The notes under the pieces: model-generated
Seen by the model: the letters and a program-made list of their open reading frames with translations, nothing else
What the model was told of the DNA's origin: nothing
Database searches by the model: none
Shown here: piece after piece, positions 1-11,915 of the stretch
Layout of the letters: every line of letters begins with the position of its first letter
Numbering within the stretch: position 1 is the stretch's first letter
Made by a program: the position numbers and the translations under genes
DNA from: Octopus sinensis
Taxonomy: Eukaryota
Assembly (NCBI RefSeq): GCF_006345805.1
Contig: NW_021834660.1
Span: forward strand, 1 to 47,436
Direction of reading: 5' to 3'
Length of the DNA: 47,436 bases

Positions 1-33
1 TATATAATATTTATTTATATATATATATTATAG

Positions 34-65
<32 letters not shown>

Positions 66-619
66 CATACTATAATGGAGAAAGCTGCTTATTAATTAGG
101 TAATTAGGTATGTAGCAATTACTAAAAGTACTAAAAGAAAGCAATTATTAAAGGGTTGACCGTCTGGAAATATCTTTATAAATTTATTTTCCAAGAAATA
201 ATTTCGATTTCTCAAGTTTATTGAATATTTTTAACTCCAATTTCTCGCAAATTTAAATATTCGTTGCATTCACTGCGTATAATTCTTCACAAATTTAAAT
301 ATTCATTGCATTCACTGCGGAGTATACCATTTTCATTTGCAAAGTCTCTCACTTTCTCTTTTAAGTTTTCCCTCGATATTTGGAAAAGCGATTGTTTATT
401 TTATTTATGCATTCGTAACGTAGAAACATTAATTACTGAATAAATTTTTTTTTAAAATACACGTAAAATTTTTGTACGCGGGATAGCAGTCAGAAGAGCC
501 TAAATGCATCGGGACCTCTGCATTTAAGCGGGACCTTTGTATTTAAGTACATGCATTGGGACCTCGGTATTTGAGCGGGACCTATGTATATATATATTAT
601 ATATATAATATATATATAC

Positions 620-783
620 ACGACGGGCTTCTTTCAGTTTCCGTCTACCAAATCCACTCACAAGGCTTTGGTCGGCTCGAGGCTATAGTAGAAGACACTT
701 GCCCAAGGTGCCACGCAGTGGGGCTGAATCCGGAACAATGTGGTTGGATGCAAGCTACTTACCACACAGCCACTCCTACGTCT
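620..783 (-). mobile_element. tRNA-derived SINE family B, 5' half
   Basis: Reverse complement of head GGAGTGGCTGTGTGGTAAGTAGCTTG...GGCACCTTGGGCAAGTGTCTTCTACTATAGCC...GAAAGAAGCCCGTCG, found in more than 12 copies in the window. Confidence 0.85.
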
Positions 784-849
784 ACTACCGTTGTATATAT
801 TATAGCAGACTACCGTCGCAACGTTCATGAACCAATTTGAAAACTATTG

Positions 850-1118
850 ATGTAACACTAATCGTCCGTCATTACGTCCATTTAACTTTGCTTTGAATAT
901 TTCCATAAGATATATGTTTTTAATCCATTTTAATGAAAATAAAGGAGGGGGTTAATATTTTAAATCCTCATTCATAATATCTATCCAGCTGTTAGCCTAA
1001 TGGCATCTTCTTGTATTGCAGTTGTTTAATACATCGTCTGTGTATCCGTAACTCCTCATCAAATTTATTTCCGGTTTGCCCAATATAATTTTTTTCATTA
1101 TAGCATATATAAGATTCC
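850..1118 (-). mobile_element. Penelope-like element GIY-YIG endonuclease remnant (copy 1)
   Basis: Manual minus-strand translation across a frameshift gives NLIYAIM..KNYIGQTGNKFDEELRIHRRCIKQLQYKKMPLG*QLDRYY..FKIL..MEIFKAKLN, matching the LIY...YIGQT...R..H GIY-YIG pattern of PLEs; stops and indels present. Confidence 0.7.
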
Positions 1119-1120
1119 AG

Positions 1121-1512
1121 TGGAGGCGCAATGGTCCAGTGGTTAGAGCAGCGGACTCGCGGTCGTAGGATCGCGGTTTCGATTCCCAGACCGGGCGTTG
1201 TGAGTGTTTATTGAGCGAAAACACCTAAAGCTCCACGAGGTTCCGGCAGGGATGGAGGTGAACCCTGCTGTACTCTTTCACCACAACTTTCTCTCACTCT
1301 TACTTCCTGTTTCTGTTGTACCTGTATTTCAAAGGGCCGGCCTTATCACTCTCTGTGTCACGCTGAATATCCCCGAGAACTACGTTAAGGGTACACGTGT
1401 CTGTGGAGTGCTCAGCCACTCACACGTTAATTTCACGAGCAGGCTGTTCCGTTGATTCGGATCAACCGGGACCCTCGTCGTCGGAACCGACGGAGTGCTT
1501 CCAAAAAAAAAA
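1121..1512 (+). mobile_element. tRNA-derived SINE family A (tail type 1)
   Basis: A-box TGGTCCAGTGGTTAG and B-box GGTTTCGATTCCC; body shared with 12946, 15417, 24161 and 31238 copies; ends in an A-run. Confidence 0.9.
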
Positions 1513-1523
1513 TCAGACATTGT

Positions 1524-1717
1524 CCATTTTAATGAAAATAAAGGAGGGGGTTAATATTTTAAATACTCATTCATAATATCTATCCAGCTGTTAGCCTAAT
1601 GGCATCTTCTTGTATTGCAATTGTATAATACATTGTCTGTAACTCCGTAACTTCTCATCAAATTTATTTCCGGTTTGCCAAATATAATTCTTTTCCTTAT
1701 AGCATATATAAGATTCT
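1524..1717 (-). mobile_element. Penelope-like element GIY-YIG remnant (copy 2; direct repeat of ~924-1118)
   Basis: ~195 bp direct repeat of 924-1118 with scattered substitutions; reads NLIYAI..NYIWQTGNKFDEKLRSYRQCI. Confidence 0.7.
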
Positions 1718-2051
1718 ACAAATTACATCAGCATTCAGTTATATATGTGCGCGCGTGCATGTCTATGTACGTGTGCTTCGATACATACATATGTACGTAC
1801 GTACTTATAAAGATAGACAGGTAGGTAGAGGGAGAGAGACAGACTGACAGATATACCGGATTTGTCTGTAATTCGCTACCGGGTGAAAGCATTAAAATGT
1901 AATGCATCAATGGCCATTAAGTATATTTACTATTTTACCTCCTACTCATTTCACTCATTAGACTGTGGCCATGCTGGAGGACAGCCTTGTAGAATGTTTA
2001 ATCGAATGAATCGACCCAAGTACTTCTTTTCAGGTTGATACTTATTCTATC

Positions 2052-2203
2052 GCATGGCTCAGTGGTTATAGCGTCGAGCTTACGATCGTGAGGTTGTGAG
2101 CTCGAATCCCGGACCGGGCTACGTGTTATGTTCTTGAGCAAGATCCTTTATTTCACGTTGCTCCAGTTCACTCAGCTGTAGAAATGAGTTGCGACGTCAC
2201 AGG
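2052..2203 (+). mobile_element. tRNA-derived SINE family D, 5' part
   Basis: A-box TGGCTCAGTGGTTATAG, B-box GAGCTCGAATCCC, then GTTCTTGAGCAAGA..TTTATTTCAC core shared with 29030-29335. Confidence 0.7.
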
Positions 2204-2793
2204 TCGTACACACACACACATACACACATATATATAAGAGAACAAAGTGTACGTGCGCCGCTATATATATATATATATATACATATATGTGTGTGTGTGT
2301 GTGGTGTGTGTGTGTACGTACACACAACGGGTTTCTTTCAGTTTCTATCTACCAAATCCATTGCCAAGATTTTGATTGATCCGGAACTATAGAAGACGCT
2401 TACCCGCCCAAGGTTACACGAAGTGTGACTGAACCGTCACTTCCAACAGATTTTGTTCATATAATACAGAAATCATTTGAGTTTCTATGACAATTTAAAG
2501 TCAAACAAAACCGAAATCAATTTGGCTTTTCTACTTTTTGGTACCACTTAAGTAGGAGCAAATTTTATATTCATTTTTCTCTAGGCTGGATCACAATATT
2601 TCCATCGAAACAGTGTGAGTTGTTTTTAAGAGAATTCGTAGCGTAATTCAAACTAAAAAATCGAGTAATGATACATTAAGGATTGATACCCCGTGTTTTT
2701 CATCCAGTACTTTCACTCAGCAATGCCTAAATCATGGGGGCATGCTTGTATAAATCTAGTTAACCGAAATTTACATGAAGAACTTTTATATCT

Positions 2794-3025
2794 GTTTCTT
2801 TATTACCCACAAGGGGCTAAACATAGAAGGGACAAACAAGGACTGACAAACGGATTAAGCCGATTACATCGACCCCAGTGCGTAACAAGTACTTAATTTA
2901 ATCGACCCCGAAAGGATGAAAGGCAAAGTCGACCTCGGTGGAATTTGAACTCAGAACGTAACGGCAGACGAAATACGGCTACGCATTTCGCCCGGCGCGC
3001 TAACGTTTCTGCCAGCTCGCCGCCA
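2794..3025 (-). mobile_element. SINE family C, full monomer with 16-bp TSD
   Basis: Flanked by the direct repeat AAGAACTTTTATATCT at 2778-2793 and 3026-3041; homologous to 18143-18372. Confidence 0.9.
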
Positions 3026-3244
3026 AAGAACTTTTATATCTATTGTAGCTGAAAGATGCGGCAGAAAACCATTGCTGTCACGGATTTAACGTGGCATAAA
3101 GAAACACAGCGATTTCAAAATGATGTCGATTAAATTACTTAGACAATAAATAGAACAGGCTGGGCCGGCTGTTGTAGGTCCTATTTTCAGATCTATCGTA
3201 TTTTCTATTTTGATGTATTTGGTGTTTTGTTCCTGCTCTGCATA

Positions 3245-3527
3245 CTCTTTTACTCTTTTACTCTTTTACTTGTTTCAGTCATTTGACTGCGGCCATGCTG
3301 GAGCACCACCTTTTAGTCGAGCAAATTGACCCCGGGACTTATTCTTTGTAAGTCCAGTACTTATTCTATCGGTCTCCTTTGCCGAACCGCTAAGTGACGG
3401 GGACGCAAACACACTAGCATCGGTTGTCAAGCAATGCTAGGCGGACAAACACAGACACACAAACACATACACACACACACAGACACACACAACACACACA
3501 CACACACTATATATATATAATATATAA

Positions 3528-3613
<86 letters not shown>

Positions 3614-3780
3614 TATATACGACAGGCTTCTTTCAGTTTCCGTCTACCAAATCACTCACAAGGCATTGGTCGGCCCGGGGCTATAGCAGAAGACACTTGC
3701 CGAAGATGCCATGATGTGGGACTGAACCCGGAACCATGTGGTTGGTTAGCAAGCTACTTACACACAGCCACTCCTGCACC
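3245..3780 (-). mobile_element. SINE family B, full length with internal (TA)n/(CA)n
   Basis: Head at 3780 side, (GAGTAAAA)n tail at 3245 side, central microsatellite. Confidence 0.9.
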
Positions 3781-3799
3781 TTGAATTTCGTTTGAATTG

Positions 3800-4330
3800 T
3801 ATATTTTCAAGGGTTCCTGGTTTTTCTTATAAACACGGTCCTGGTTTTTCTTATAAACACGGTCAGATTGAGTCATTCTCTATCTGCTGTCGCTGTTGGA
3901 TGTTTCAGTAATATTTCATTGAATTATCATCACATTATAAGATGATCAATGTTGATCAGAATTTCTGAATAAAATGCGTGGTTATTTAATTGTTCTTCTA
4001 CGAGATTCCTGTAGAGTTCCACATCATTACCACAATAGTACAATAACTCCGCCTTTATCTGCCTGATTTGTCTCATCTTCCTGTTGTCGGTTGGCGATCG
4101 ACATTTCACCTCTGGTTAAATTTTGCTTCACAATTTTTAGATATCATTTAGAAATTAGACGCTCTGTTAGTATTGCAGTCAAGTGATAAAGAAATTTGAT
4201 TTGTTCTCGAATAAGGATTTATCATTATCCTCATCCGACGTCATCAGTGTTAACACCAGCATCCTCCATCGCCTCTTCCTCCTAATCATCATTCTTGTCA
4301 TCATCATTTTTGTCGGCAAAAGTTTCAACA
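3800..4330 (-). mobile_element. Penelope-like element ORF remnant (region upstream of/at RT N-terminus)
   Basis: Minus strand: LFENKSNF...KQNLTRGEM...QADKGGVIVL (codons at 4048-4062)...LYRNLVEEQLNNHAFY, matching the PLE NLT..E...ADKGG.VV...Y...QL....Y motif; frameshifted. Confidence 0.7.
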
Positions 4331-4548
4331 ATTTTCCATTTCCGACAAAAATGTACGTCTCCTGCAAATTCATGATGGCTGTCTGGGGAGTCAATTCCAG
4401 TTCTTTGCCCTTAAGAATTTTATGTCCTTTTCATTTAATTCTCTCTCTCTCTCTTTCTCTGTCTGTCAGTCTCTCTCTCTCCCTCTCTCTCTTTCTCTTT
4501 CCCCTCTCTCTCTCTCTTTCTCTCCCTGTTTCTCCCTCTCTCTCTCTG

Positions 4549-5214
4549 ATTAATTTAGGACCATTTCCTTTTGAACGGCAGATGTCAACACAATTTCTAG
4601 TTAACTAAACACTTTTAAACTTCGTATACTCGTAGAATGTGTTTATAAAACATCATTTTCTCTTGGTTTTATTGAGAAAATTCTATAGTTTGTAAGATAT
4701 TTCGTCTGAAAATCCGAGCATTTCGGCAATTTTCACCAATCGATTACCTCCATTCAACTAAAATCATTTGCTGCGTCTAAAACTGAGACAACATCCTGTA
4801 ACTAACCCTAAACCTCCCCCCTAACCCTAACCCTAACCCTAATTTTTTTTCCTTAATTGTTAAATTAATTTAATTCCATTGCTTTATTTTTTTACACACG
4901 TAACAATTAAATTAATTTAACAATCAAGAAAAGAAAAATTAGGGTTAGGGTTAGGGCTAGGTGGAGGTTTAGGGTTAGTTACAGGATGTTGTCTCAGTTT
5001 TAGACGCAGCAAATGATGTTAGCTCAAAAGAGAGCATAGGATTGGTTAAAATTCGAAAAATTAAACTACGTTAAATAAACAAATTACAATTTTCTCAAGA
5101 AAGCCAAGAGAAAAAAAATGTATTATTTTGACACATTCTACCAGTATACGAAGTTTTAAAGTGTTTAGTTAACTAGAAATTGTCTGCCGTTCAAAAGGAA
5201 AAGATCGTTAATTT
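4549..5214. mobile_element. MITE-like fold-back element with long inverted arms and internal telomere-type repeats
   Basis: TTTCCTTTTGAACGGCAG..ACAATTTCTAGTTAACTAAACACTTT at left is inverted at 5150-5200; (CCCTAA)4 at 4819-4842 mirrored by (TTAGGG)3 at 4939-4956. Confidence 0.8.
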
Positions 5215-5344
5215 ATAATGATTTACTCGACAAATTTGTTTGGCATGTGTTTCCTATGCGTATTTGTTCTTTTCTAGAATGTTCGACCAAGCAATTGAAA
5301 ATGAATTTGTTGTTCTTGATCGATTTTATTTATTTATTTACCTA

Positions 5345-5759
5345 AGGAGTGGCTGTGTGGTAAATAGCTTGCTAACCAACCATATGGTTCCGGGTTCAGT
5401 CCCACTGCGTGGCACCTTGGACAAGTGTCTTCTGCTATAGCCCTGGGCCGACCAATGCCTTGTGAGTGGATTTGGTAGACGGAAACTGAAAGAAGCCTGT
5501 CGTATATATGTATATATATATATGTGTGTGTGTATATGTTTGTGTGTCTGTGTTTGTTCCCCTAGCATTGCTTGACAACCGATGTGCTGGTGTGTTTACG
5601 TCCCCGTCATTTAGCGGTTCGGCAAAAGAGACCGATAGAATAAGTACTGGGCTTACAATGAATAAGTCCCGAGGTCGATTTGCTTGACTAAAGGCGGTTC
5701 TCCAGCATGGCCGCAGTCAAATGACTGAAACAAATAAAAGAGAGTAAAAAAGAGAGTAA
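5345..5759 (+). mobile_element. SINE family B, full length
   Basis: Head, body and GAGTAAAA tail as in other copies. Confidence 0.9.
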
Positions 5760-5894
5760 GGTGATGAGCTGGAAGAATCGGTCCTGCACCCCACAAAGTG
5801 GTCAACTTAACTCTTCAACCTTTTGGAACCGATAAAATAAGTTCCATTTGATCACAGGGAGTCCATACGATCGACAAACTCCCACTAACACCAC

Positions 5895-6070
5895 CACCAA
5901 AACTTCAGGCCTTGTACCCGTAATTCAAAGGGGCCAGCCTTGTCACATTCTGCCTCACGTTGAATCTCCCCGAGAACTACGTTAAGGGTACACGTGTCTG
6001 TGGAGTGCTCAGCCACTTACACGTTAATTTCATGAGCAGACTGTTCCGTTGATCTGATCAACTGGAACTG
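5895..6070 (+). mobile_element. SINE/LINE-derived tail fragment (tail type 1)
   Basis: CCCCGAGAACTACGTTAAGGGTACACGTGTCTGTGGAGTGCTCAGCCAC identical in motif to 1370-1420. Confidence 0.75.
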
Positions 6071-6117
6071 AATATATATATTCTGTCTTCCCTTCTCTGG
6101 ATCTTTCCTTCTCCTAT

Positions 6118-6152
6118 GTTTCCGACGAAGAGTTCCGCTCGAAACGTTAAAC
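6118..6152 (+). ncRNA. Minimal type I hammerhead-like motif, variant core CCGACGA, in PLE-type unit 6080-6245
   Basis: Stem I GUUU/AAAC; core CCGACGA+A; stem II GAG/CUC; GAAA; palindromic stem III ACGU; site GUU (6148). Confidence 0.6.
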
Positions 6153-6241
6153 CCTCCTTCTATCCTGAGCGTCCAATAATACTATATTTGTTCCACGTCC
6201 TCGCGTTGTTGTGTCTTTTTGTGCTTTCATGTTTGGATTAC

Positions 6242-6273
<32 letters not shown>

Positions 6274-6275
<2 letters not shown>

Positions 6276-6485
6276 TCTTTTACTCTTTTACTTGTTTTAG
6301 TAATTTGACTGCGGCCATGCTGGAGCACCGCCTTTAATCGAGCAACTCAACCCGGGACTTATTATTTTGTAAGCCCATAGTACTTATTCTATCGGTCTTT
6401 TTGCCGAACCGCTAAGTGACGGGGACGTAAACACACCAGCATCGGTTGTCAAGCAATGATAGGGGGACACAACACAGACACACAA

Positions 6486-6516
<31 letters not shown>

Positions 6517-6675
6517 ACATAATACGACGGGCTTCTTTAATCTTCCGTCTCTACCAAATCCACTCACAAGGCTTTGGTCGGCCCGAGGCTATAGTAGAAG
6601 ACACTTGCCAAGGTGCCAGCAGTGGGACTGAACCCGGAACCATGTGGTTGGTAAACAAGGCTACTTACCACACAG
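6274..6675 (-). mobile_element. SINE family B
   Basis: Reverse-complement copy of head, body and tail. Confidence 0.85.
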
Positions 6676-7023
6676 ATAGATAGATATAGATAGATAGATA
6701 TAGATATATTATATACACAGATATTCAAACAATATTTGCATGCATGTGTAAATACACAAAAGAATTCAATCTATATTGAGTTCAACGAACATTTTCACTG
6801 ACACTTACACACAGATACATTAATGAAATGCAGTATTCCCCAAATGCAAATAAATCTAACATTTTAAAAATTCAATCTCTCGTCTTCTCACTTAAACATA
6901 TATACATAATACATTTCATATATGTGTGTGTGTGTGTGTGTGTGTATTTTCTATGTATTCAATTATATCTATCTATCTTTATGTATGAGTGTGTGTGTGT
7001 ATATATATATATGTGTGTATATA

Positions 7024-7055
<32 letters not shown>

Positions 7056-7072
<17 letters not shown>

Positions 7073-7315
7073 CGGAGAAGTAGATAGTAGATAGATAGAT
7101 AGATAGTTAGACAGATAGATAGATAGATAGACAGATAGATAGATAGATAGATAGATAGATAGGTAGGTAGGTAGTTAGGTAGGTAGATAGGGAGGTAGGT
7201 AGGTAGTTAGGTAGGAAGATAGGGAGGTAGGGAGGTTGGGTGGTAGGTAGGTAGGTAAGTAGGTAGGTAGGTAGATAGATAGATAAGTAGGTAGGTAGAT
7301 AGATAGATAGGTAGG

Positions 7316-7362
<47 letters not shown>

Positions 7363-7460
7363 ATGATGGATAGATAGATAGATAGATAGATAGATAAATA
7401 GTTGATGGATAGATAGATAGATAGATAGATGATGGATAGATAGATAGATAGATAGTTATA
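7056..7460. repeat. Compound (GA)n/(GATA)n/(GGTA)n microsatellite
   Basis: Directly visible tetranucleotide array. Confidence 0.95.
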
Positions 7461-7899
7461 CAGACATAAATACAAAATTTATAGTTATGATATTATTTAT
7501 ATGTATACATACATACATATATATATATATGTGAACACACACACACATACGCACGCACACACACACACACATATGTACATATACATTTCCCCACGCATAT
7601 TTTGTTAATGTATCATCCTGTTACCTTCCTTGTCGTTTTTATTGTTTTAATGTTGGTATAAATAAATGGACCAGTTTTTTTCTCACCTTTGTTTAATACA
7701 CAAACACACGTATGTGCACGCATTTAGATTCACACATATAAGTATATCTGTGTATATATCTATATATATAAAATTTATATATATGTGTGTGTGTGTGTGT
7801 TTGTGTAAGTATTTATATATGTGAGAGGGTTATATGTGTCTGTGTGTATATGTAGACATACATGTGTGTGTGTATGTGTGCATATGCAATTATATTATA

Positions 7900-8065
7900 T
7901 TTAATACATACATAATATTTAATATATATATAAATAAATATATGTATGTATATAAAAATATATATATATAAATATATAGTATATGATTATATATTATATA
8001 TATATTATATATTAAATATATATATATATAATATATGTATTATGATTATATATATATAATATAAA

Positions 8066-8107
<42 letters not shown>

Positions 8108-8250
8108 ATATAATAGTATATGATTATATATATATATATAATTAAATATATATATATATAAATATATATATAATTATATATATTATATATATAATATATG
8201 TACACACACACTTACATATATAAACTATATGTATATATATATATGTGTGT
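7900..8250. repeat. Degenerate (TA)n tract
   Basis: Directly visible. Confidence 0.95.
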
Positions 8251-8720
8251 ATAATTTTTATTATTATTTTCTTATAGAAAGTTATTTATTGATAAAGTTG
8301 TACTCTGTTCTGATAAGTCTAATGAAATTTATATATGTCACTGGCTCAATAGAAATGGAGTGAATTCTTCTGGAAAATTCCATTTATTTCTCTCATTTAT
8401 TCTTATATGTTCCTTTTATTACTTGTTTGTTCATGATTATATACACATGTGTGTGTATGTACTCGTGTGCGTATATATATATGAGTGTATGCGTCGGTGT
8501 TTCTATTTATGATGATAAGCGTTGCTTATTCTCCTTCTTTCGAGCCAAAAGTACTTTTGAAAATGTCAACTTGCTACATTAACAGGTATTTTATGAAGAT
8601 TTAAGTCCATTCATGTTATTGCCATTGTTTTGTTTTTTTTTTTTTTTTTTTAGCCCCAAGACAAACTGAGCAATGCAGTCCTATAATATATTCCAGCCAT
8701 GAAGTTGCTGTCTTGTTTTT

Positions 8721-9086
8721 CTAAGCATACATTACCTTGGGTGCTTCTTCGTTTCATGATGGGACTGTATGATTTGAAGAGGAGGTTAGCTACTGTTTCT
8801 AGCAAAATGAATGAAGCATGATATTGCCTCTATATAGTTACTCTAAGCATACATTACCTTGGGTGCTTCTTCGTTTCATGATGGGACTGTATGATTTGAA
8901 GAGGAGGTTAGCTACTGTTTCTAGCAAAATGAATGAAGCATGATATTGCCTCTATATAGTTACTCTAAGCATACATTACCTTGGGTGCTTCTTCGTTTCA
9001 TGATGGGACTATATGATTTGAAGAGGGGGTTAGCTACTGTTTCTAGCAAAATGAACGAAGCATGATATTGCCTCTATATAGTTACT
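8721..9086 (+). repeat. Tandem repeat, 122 bp x3
   Basis: Unit CTAAGCATACATTACC...TATAGTTACT starts at 8721, 8843 and 8965; copies 1 and 2 look identical, copy 3 has a few substitutions. Confidence 0.95.
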
Positions 9087-9289
9087 CAACATGTTAGACA
9101 TAACAGCTAAATCTCTCTCTCCAACTCACACCTTAACATGTAAAGAATACAGGAGATAATGTAGAATCAGATATTTCTGAAAGAGATAGGATGGTCCTGA
9201 CTGGAGAGTCTTTGATCAAATGACTGCAGTATCTGGACTGGTCTAGTGTTATGCAACAATGCTATTTCTTGGGCCTGAGGTATCGTGAT

Positions 9290-9700
9290 GTCAGACATAT
9301 TGGCAAAGCAAGGAAAATGCTTAGTGCTATTTCATGTTTTTACATTCTGAGTTCAAATTCCGCCAAGGTTGACATTGCCTTTTGTCATTTCAGGGTCCAT
9401 GAAGTAAGTACCAGTTGATTCCTACCCTCACTTCCGAAATTTCTGACCTTGTGCCAAACTTTGAAACCAACATTCCCTGGTCCGAAGTGGGTGAGTTGGT
9501 AGAACCATCAGCACAGTGGTCAAAATGTTTAGCAGTTTTTCATCCACCTTTACTTTTTGAGTTCAAATTCTGCTGAGGTTCATTTTGCCTTTCTTCAGAG
9601 TTGATAAAATAAGTACCAGTTGAACACTGGGGTCGATGTAATCGACATACATCCACCTGCAAAACTGTTAGCCTTATGCCAAAATTTGAAAGCAATATTC
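9290..9700 (+). mobile_element. Old diverged SINE family C fragments (several)
   Basis: TTCTGAGTTCAAATTC..GCCTTT..AAGTACCAGTT motifs at about 9345, 9560 and 9610. Confidence 0.6.
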
Positions 9701-9735
9701 CTTGGGCCTAATTCTTTATTTAGAAATGCAATAGA

Positions 9736-9968
9736 TACTCTTTTACTCTTGTATACTCTTTTACTTGTTTCAGTCATTTGACTGCGGCCATGCTGGAGCA
9801 CCGCCTTTAGTCGAGCAGATTGACCCCGGGACTTATTCTTTGTAAGCCCAGTACTTATTCTATCGGTCTCTTTTTGCCGAACCGCTAATGGTGTGGACGT
9901 AAGCACACCAGCATCGGTTGTCAAGCAATGCTAGGGGGACAAACACAGGCACACAAACATACACACAC

Positions 9969-9999
<31 letters not shown>

Positions 10000-10163
10000 C
10001 GACAGGCTTCTTTCAGTTTCCATCTACCAAATCCACTCACAAGGCTTTGGTCGGCCTGGGGCTATAGCAGAAGACACTTGCCCAAGATACCTTGCAGTGG
10101 GACTGAACCCGGAACCATGTGGTTGGTTAGCAAGCTACTTACCACACAGCCACTCCTGCGCCT
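9736..10163 (-). mobile_element. SINE family B, full length
   Basis: Reverse-complement copy. Confidence 0.9.
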
Positions 10164-10310
10164 ATGAGGCAGTATGATATGAATTAACAGTCCACAAGTT
10201 TGCAGCTTGAGGTTTAATCAATTTGTCCATTTAAATGCAGCTGAGTATACAAAGGTAGAGGAAACAGTAAGTAAATGTAAGATAACCTAACATTATGAAA
10301 TGAACAGTGA

Positions 10311-10475
10311 GGTGTAGGAGTGGCTGTGTGGTAAGTAGCTTGCTTATGAACCACATGGTTCCGGGTTCAGTCCCACTGCATGGGACTTTGGGCAAGTGTC
10401 TTCTACTATAGCCTCAGGCCAACCAAAGCCTTGTGAGTAGATTTCGTAGACGGAAACTGAAAGAAGTCTGTTTAT
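10311..10475 (+). mobile_element. SINE family B, 5' half
   Basis: Head and core followed by a (TA)n tract. Confidence 0.85.
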
Positions 10476-10625
10476 ATATATATATTATATTATATATATA
10501 TATATATATATTATATATATCTATTATATATAGATATATATATATATATGTATGTGTGTGTAAAATATCCTAACCACGTGCCTTCAGTGATAATATTAAT
10601 ATACATATATATACATATATATATA

Positions 10626-10775
10626 CTTTATTTAAAGCAGCAGAAAATTCAACAAAACCTGTTACTCTGAGTTCCTGTTGCCGTTCATTGGACAGTTTTT
10701 TCTAGCAAAAACTGAACGGCAACGGGAAACTCAGAGTAACAGGTTTTGTTGAAATTTCTGCTGTTTTAAATAAAG
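10626..10775. repeat. Fold-back palindrome (~62-bp arms) containing a hammerhead 3' half
   Basis: CTTTATTTAAAGCAGCAG...GTTGCCGTTCA pairs with TGAACGGCAAC...TTTAAATAAAG; the right arm contains GAAAC TCAGAG TA ACAGG. Confidence 0.85.
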
Positions 10776-11492
10776 GATATTACTCTACCACTGGTATTTG
10801 AGTACTCTTTTTTCCACATTTATGCATTTACTCCGGTGTACATATATATATATACATATATATACATATATGTACATATATATATACATATATATACATA
10901 TATATACATATATATATATATACATACATATATATACATATATATATATATAAAGTAGTTGTATACTGTCAACTTAATGTGACAGTCCCATGAAGGGAAT
11001 CATACTACTGCTTATATCTCTCCGAGATATTTAAAAATGTATTATTTATATATATATATTATCATTAATTAAAAACTTAGGTTAGCAAGAATATTTATCG
11101 AAACATTCTTAGCTACCAGTGGTTTAGCGAGAAAGGAAAAATTAATCAATAGACTATATATTATTCAAAGAAGAATACAGTGTACATTCAAACACAAAAG
11201 AGATACCCGAACAATAGGATATCTGACTCGCTAGAAAGAGCAGTTTAAACTCCAAGCCACTAATTGTTGTAATTCTGAAAGGGATTGGAAAATAAAAACG
11301 TTTACCTTAATCCTAGACCTTGCAAGGTTCCTGCAGACTTAAATACAGGTTGAAATAAAATAATTTCAGTCTATATCTGGCGCTGTGTCCTCAGTGGGTT
11401 GCCAAGAATGAACACATAGACATGGATATTTTTCGGGTATCTTTTTGTTTGAATATATATATATACATATTATATATATATATATATATATA

Positions 11493-11539
<47 letters not shown>

Positions 11540-11584
11540 GTATATACACACACTCACACACTGGCAAACTGCAGAATTCCATAT

Positions 11585-11915
11585 TAAGTGTGCCAAGAAA
11601 ATGGTGAAAGCAGAAGGTGAGGGGCCATATGGTGTGGGCCTCATTCAGCAGCTTAGGTTTTGGTCCAACAGTTAAGGCTGATTGCAGATTGAAGAGTGTA
11701 GGGTATCTGCAATTAGCAAAAGAAAATGTGATGCCATGTTTAAATAATCAGATGCCATGGGGATCTATTTTCCAACAGGACAATTGCCCCCTTCATAAGG
11801 CTAGGAAAGTTTTGCAATATTTTGAGCACAATAATATGATGGTTATTGAGTGGCCTCCACAGAGCCCAGATTTGATTCTGATCAAAATTTATGGAATTAT
11901 ATTTGTAACAGATGA
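11585..11915 (+). mobile_element. Tc1-family (DD34E) transposase remnant, catalytic region
   Basis: ORF 11617-11943: HMVWASFS...FQQDNCPLH...EWPPQSPDL; 34 residues from the second D to the E position, where a 1-nt deletion disrupts IENLW. Confidence 0.9.

Noticed and set aside
1121-1195. tRNA-like sequences with A and B boxes (also at 2052, 12946, 24161, 31238 and family B/C heads)
   Set aside because: They run into SINE bodies, are multi-copy with TSDs, and lack a closed acceptor stem; these are SINE heads, not tRNA genes.
4819-4956. Telomere or chromosome-fusion site
   Set aside because: Only 3-4 repeats, embedded in a MITE's inverted arms.
11350-11400. Minus-strand CTGAGGA...GAAA with weak inverted flanks (11183 vs 11440)
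   Set aside because: No helix II or helix I partner could be formed.
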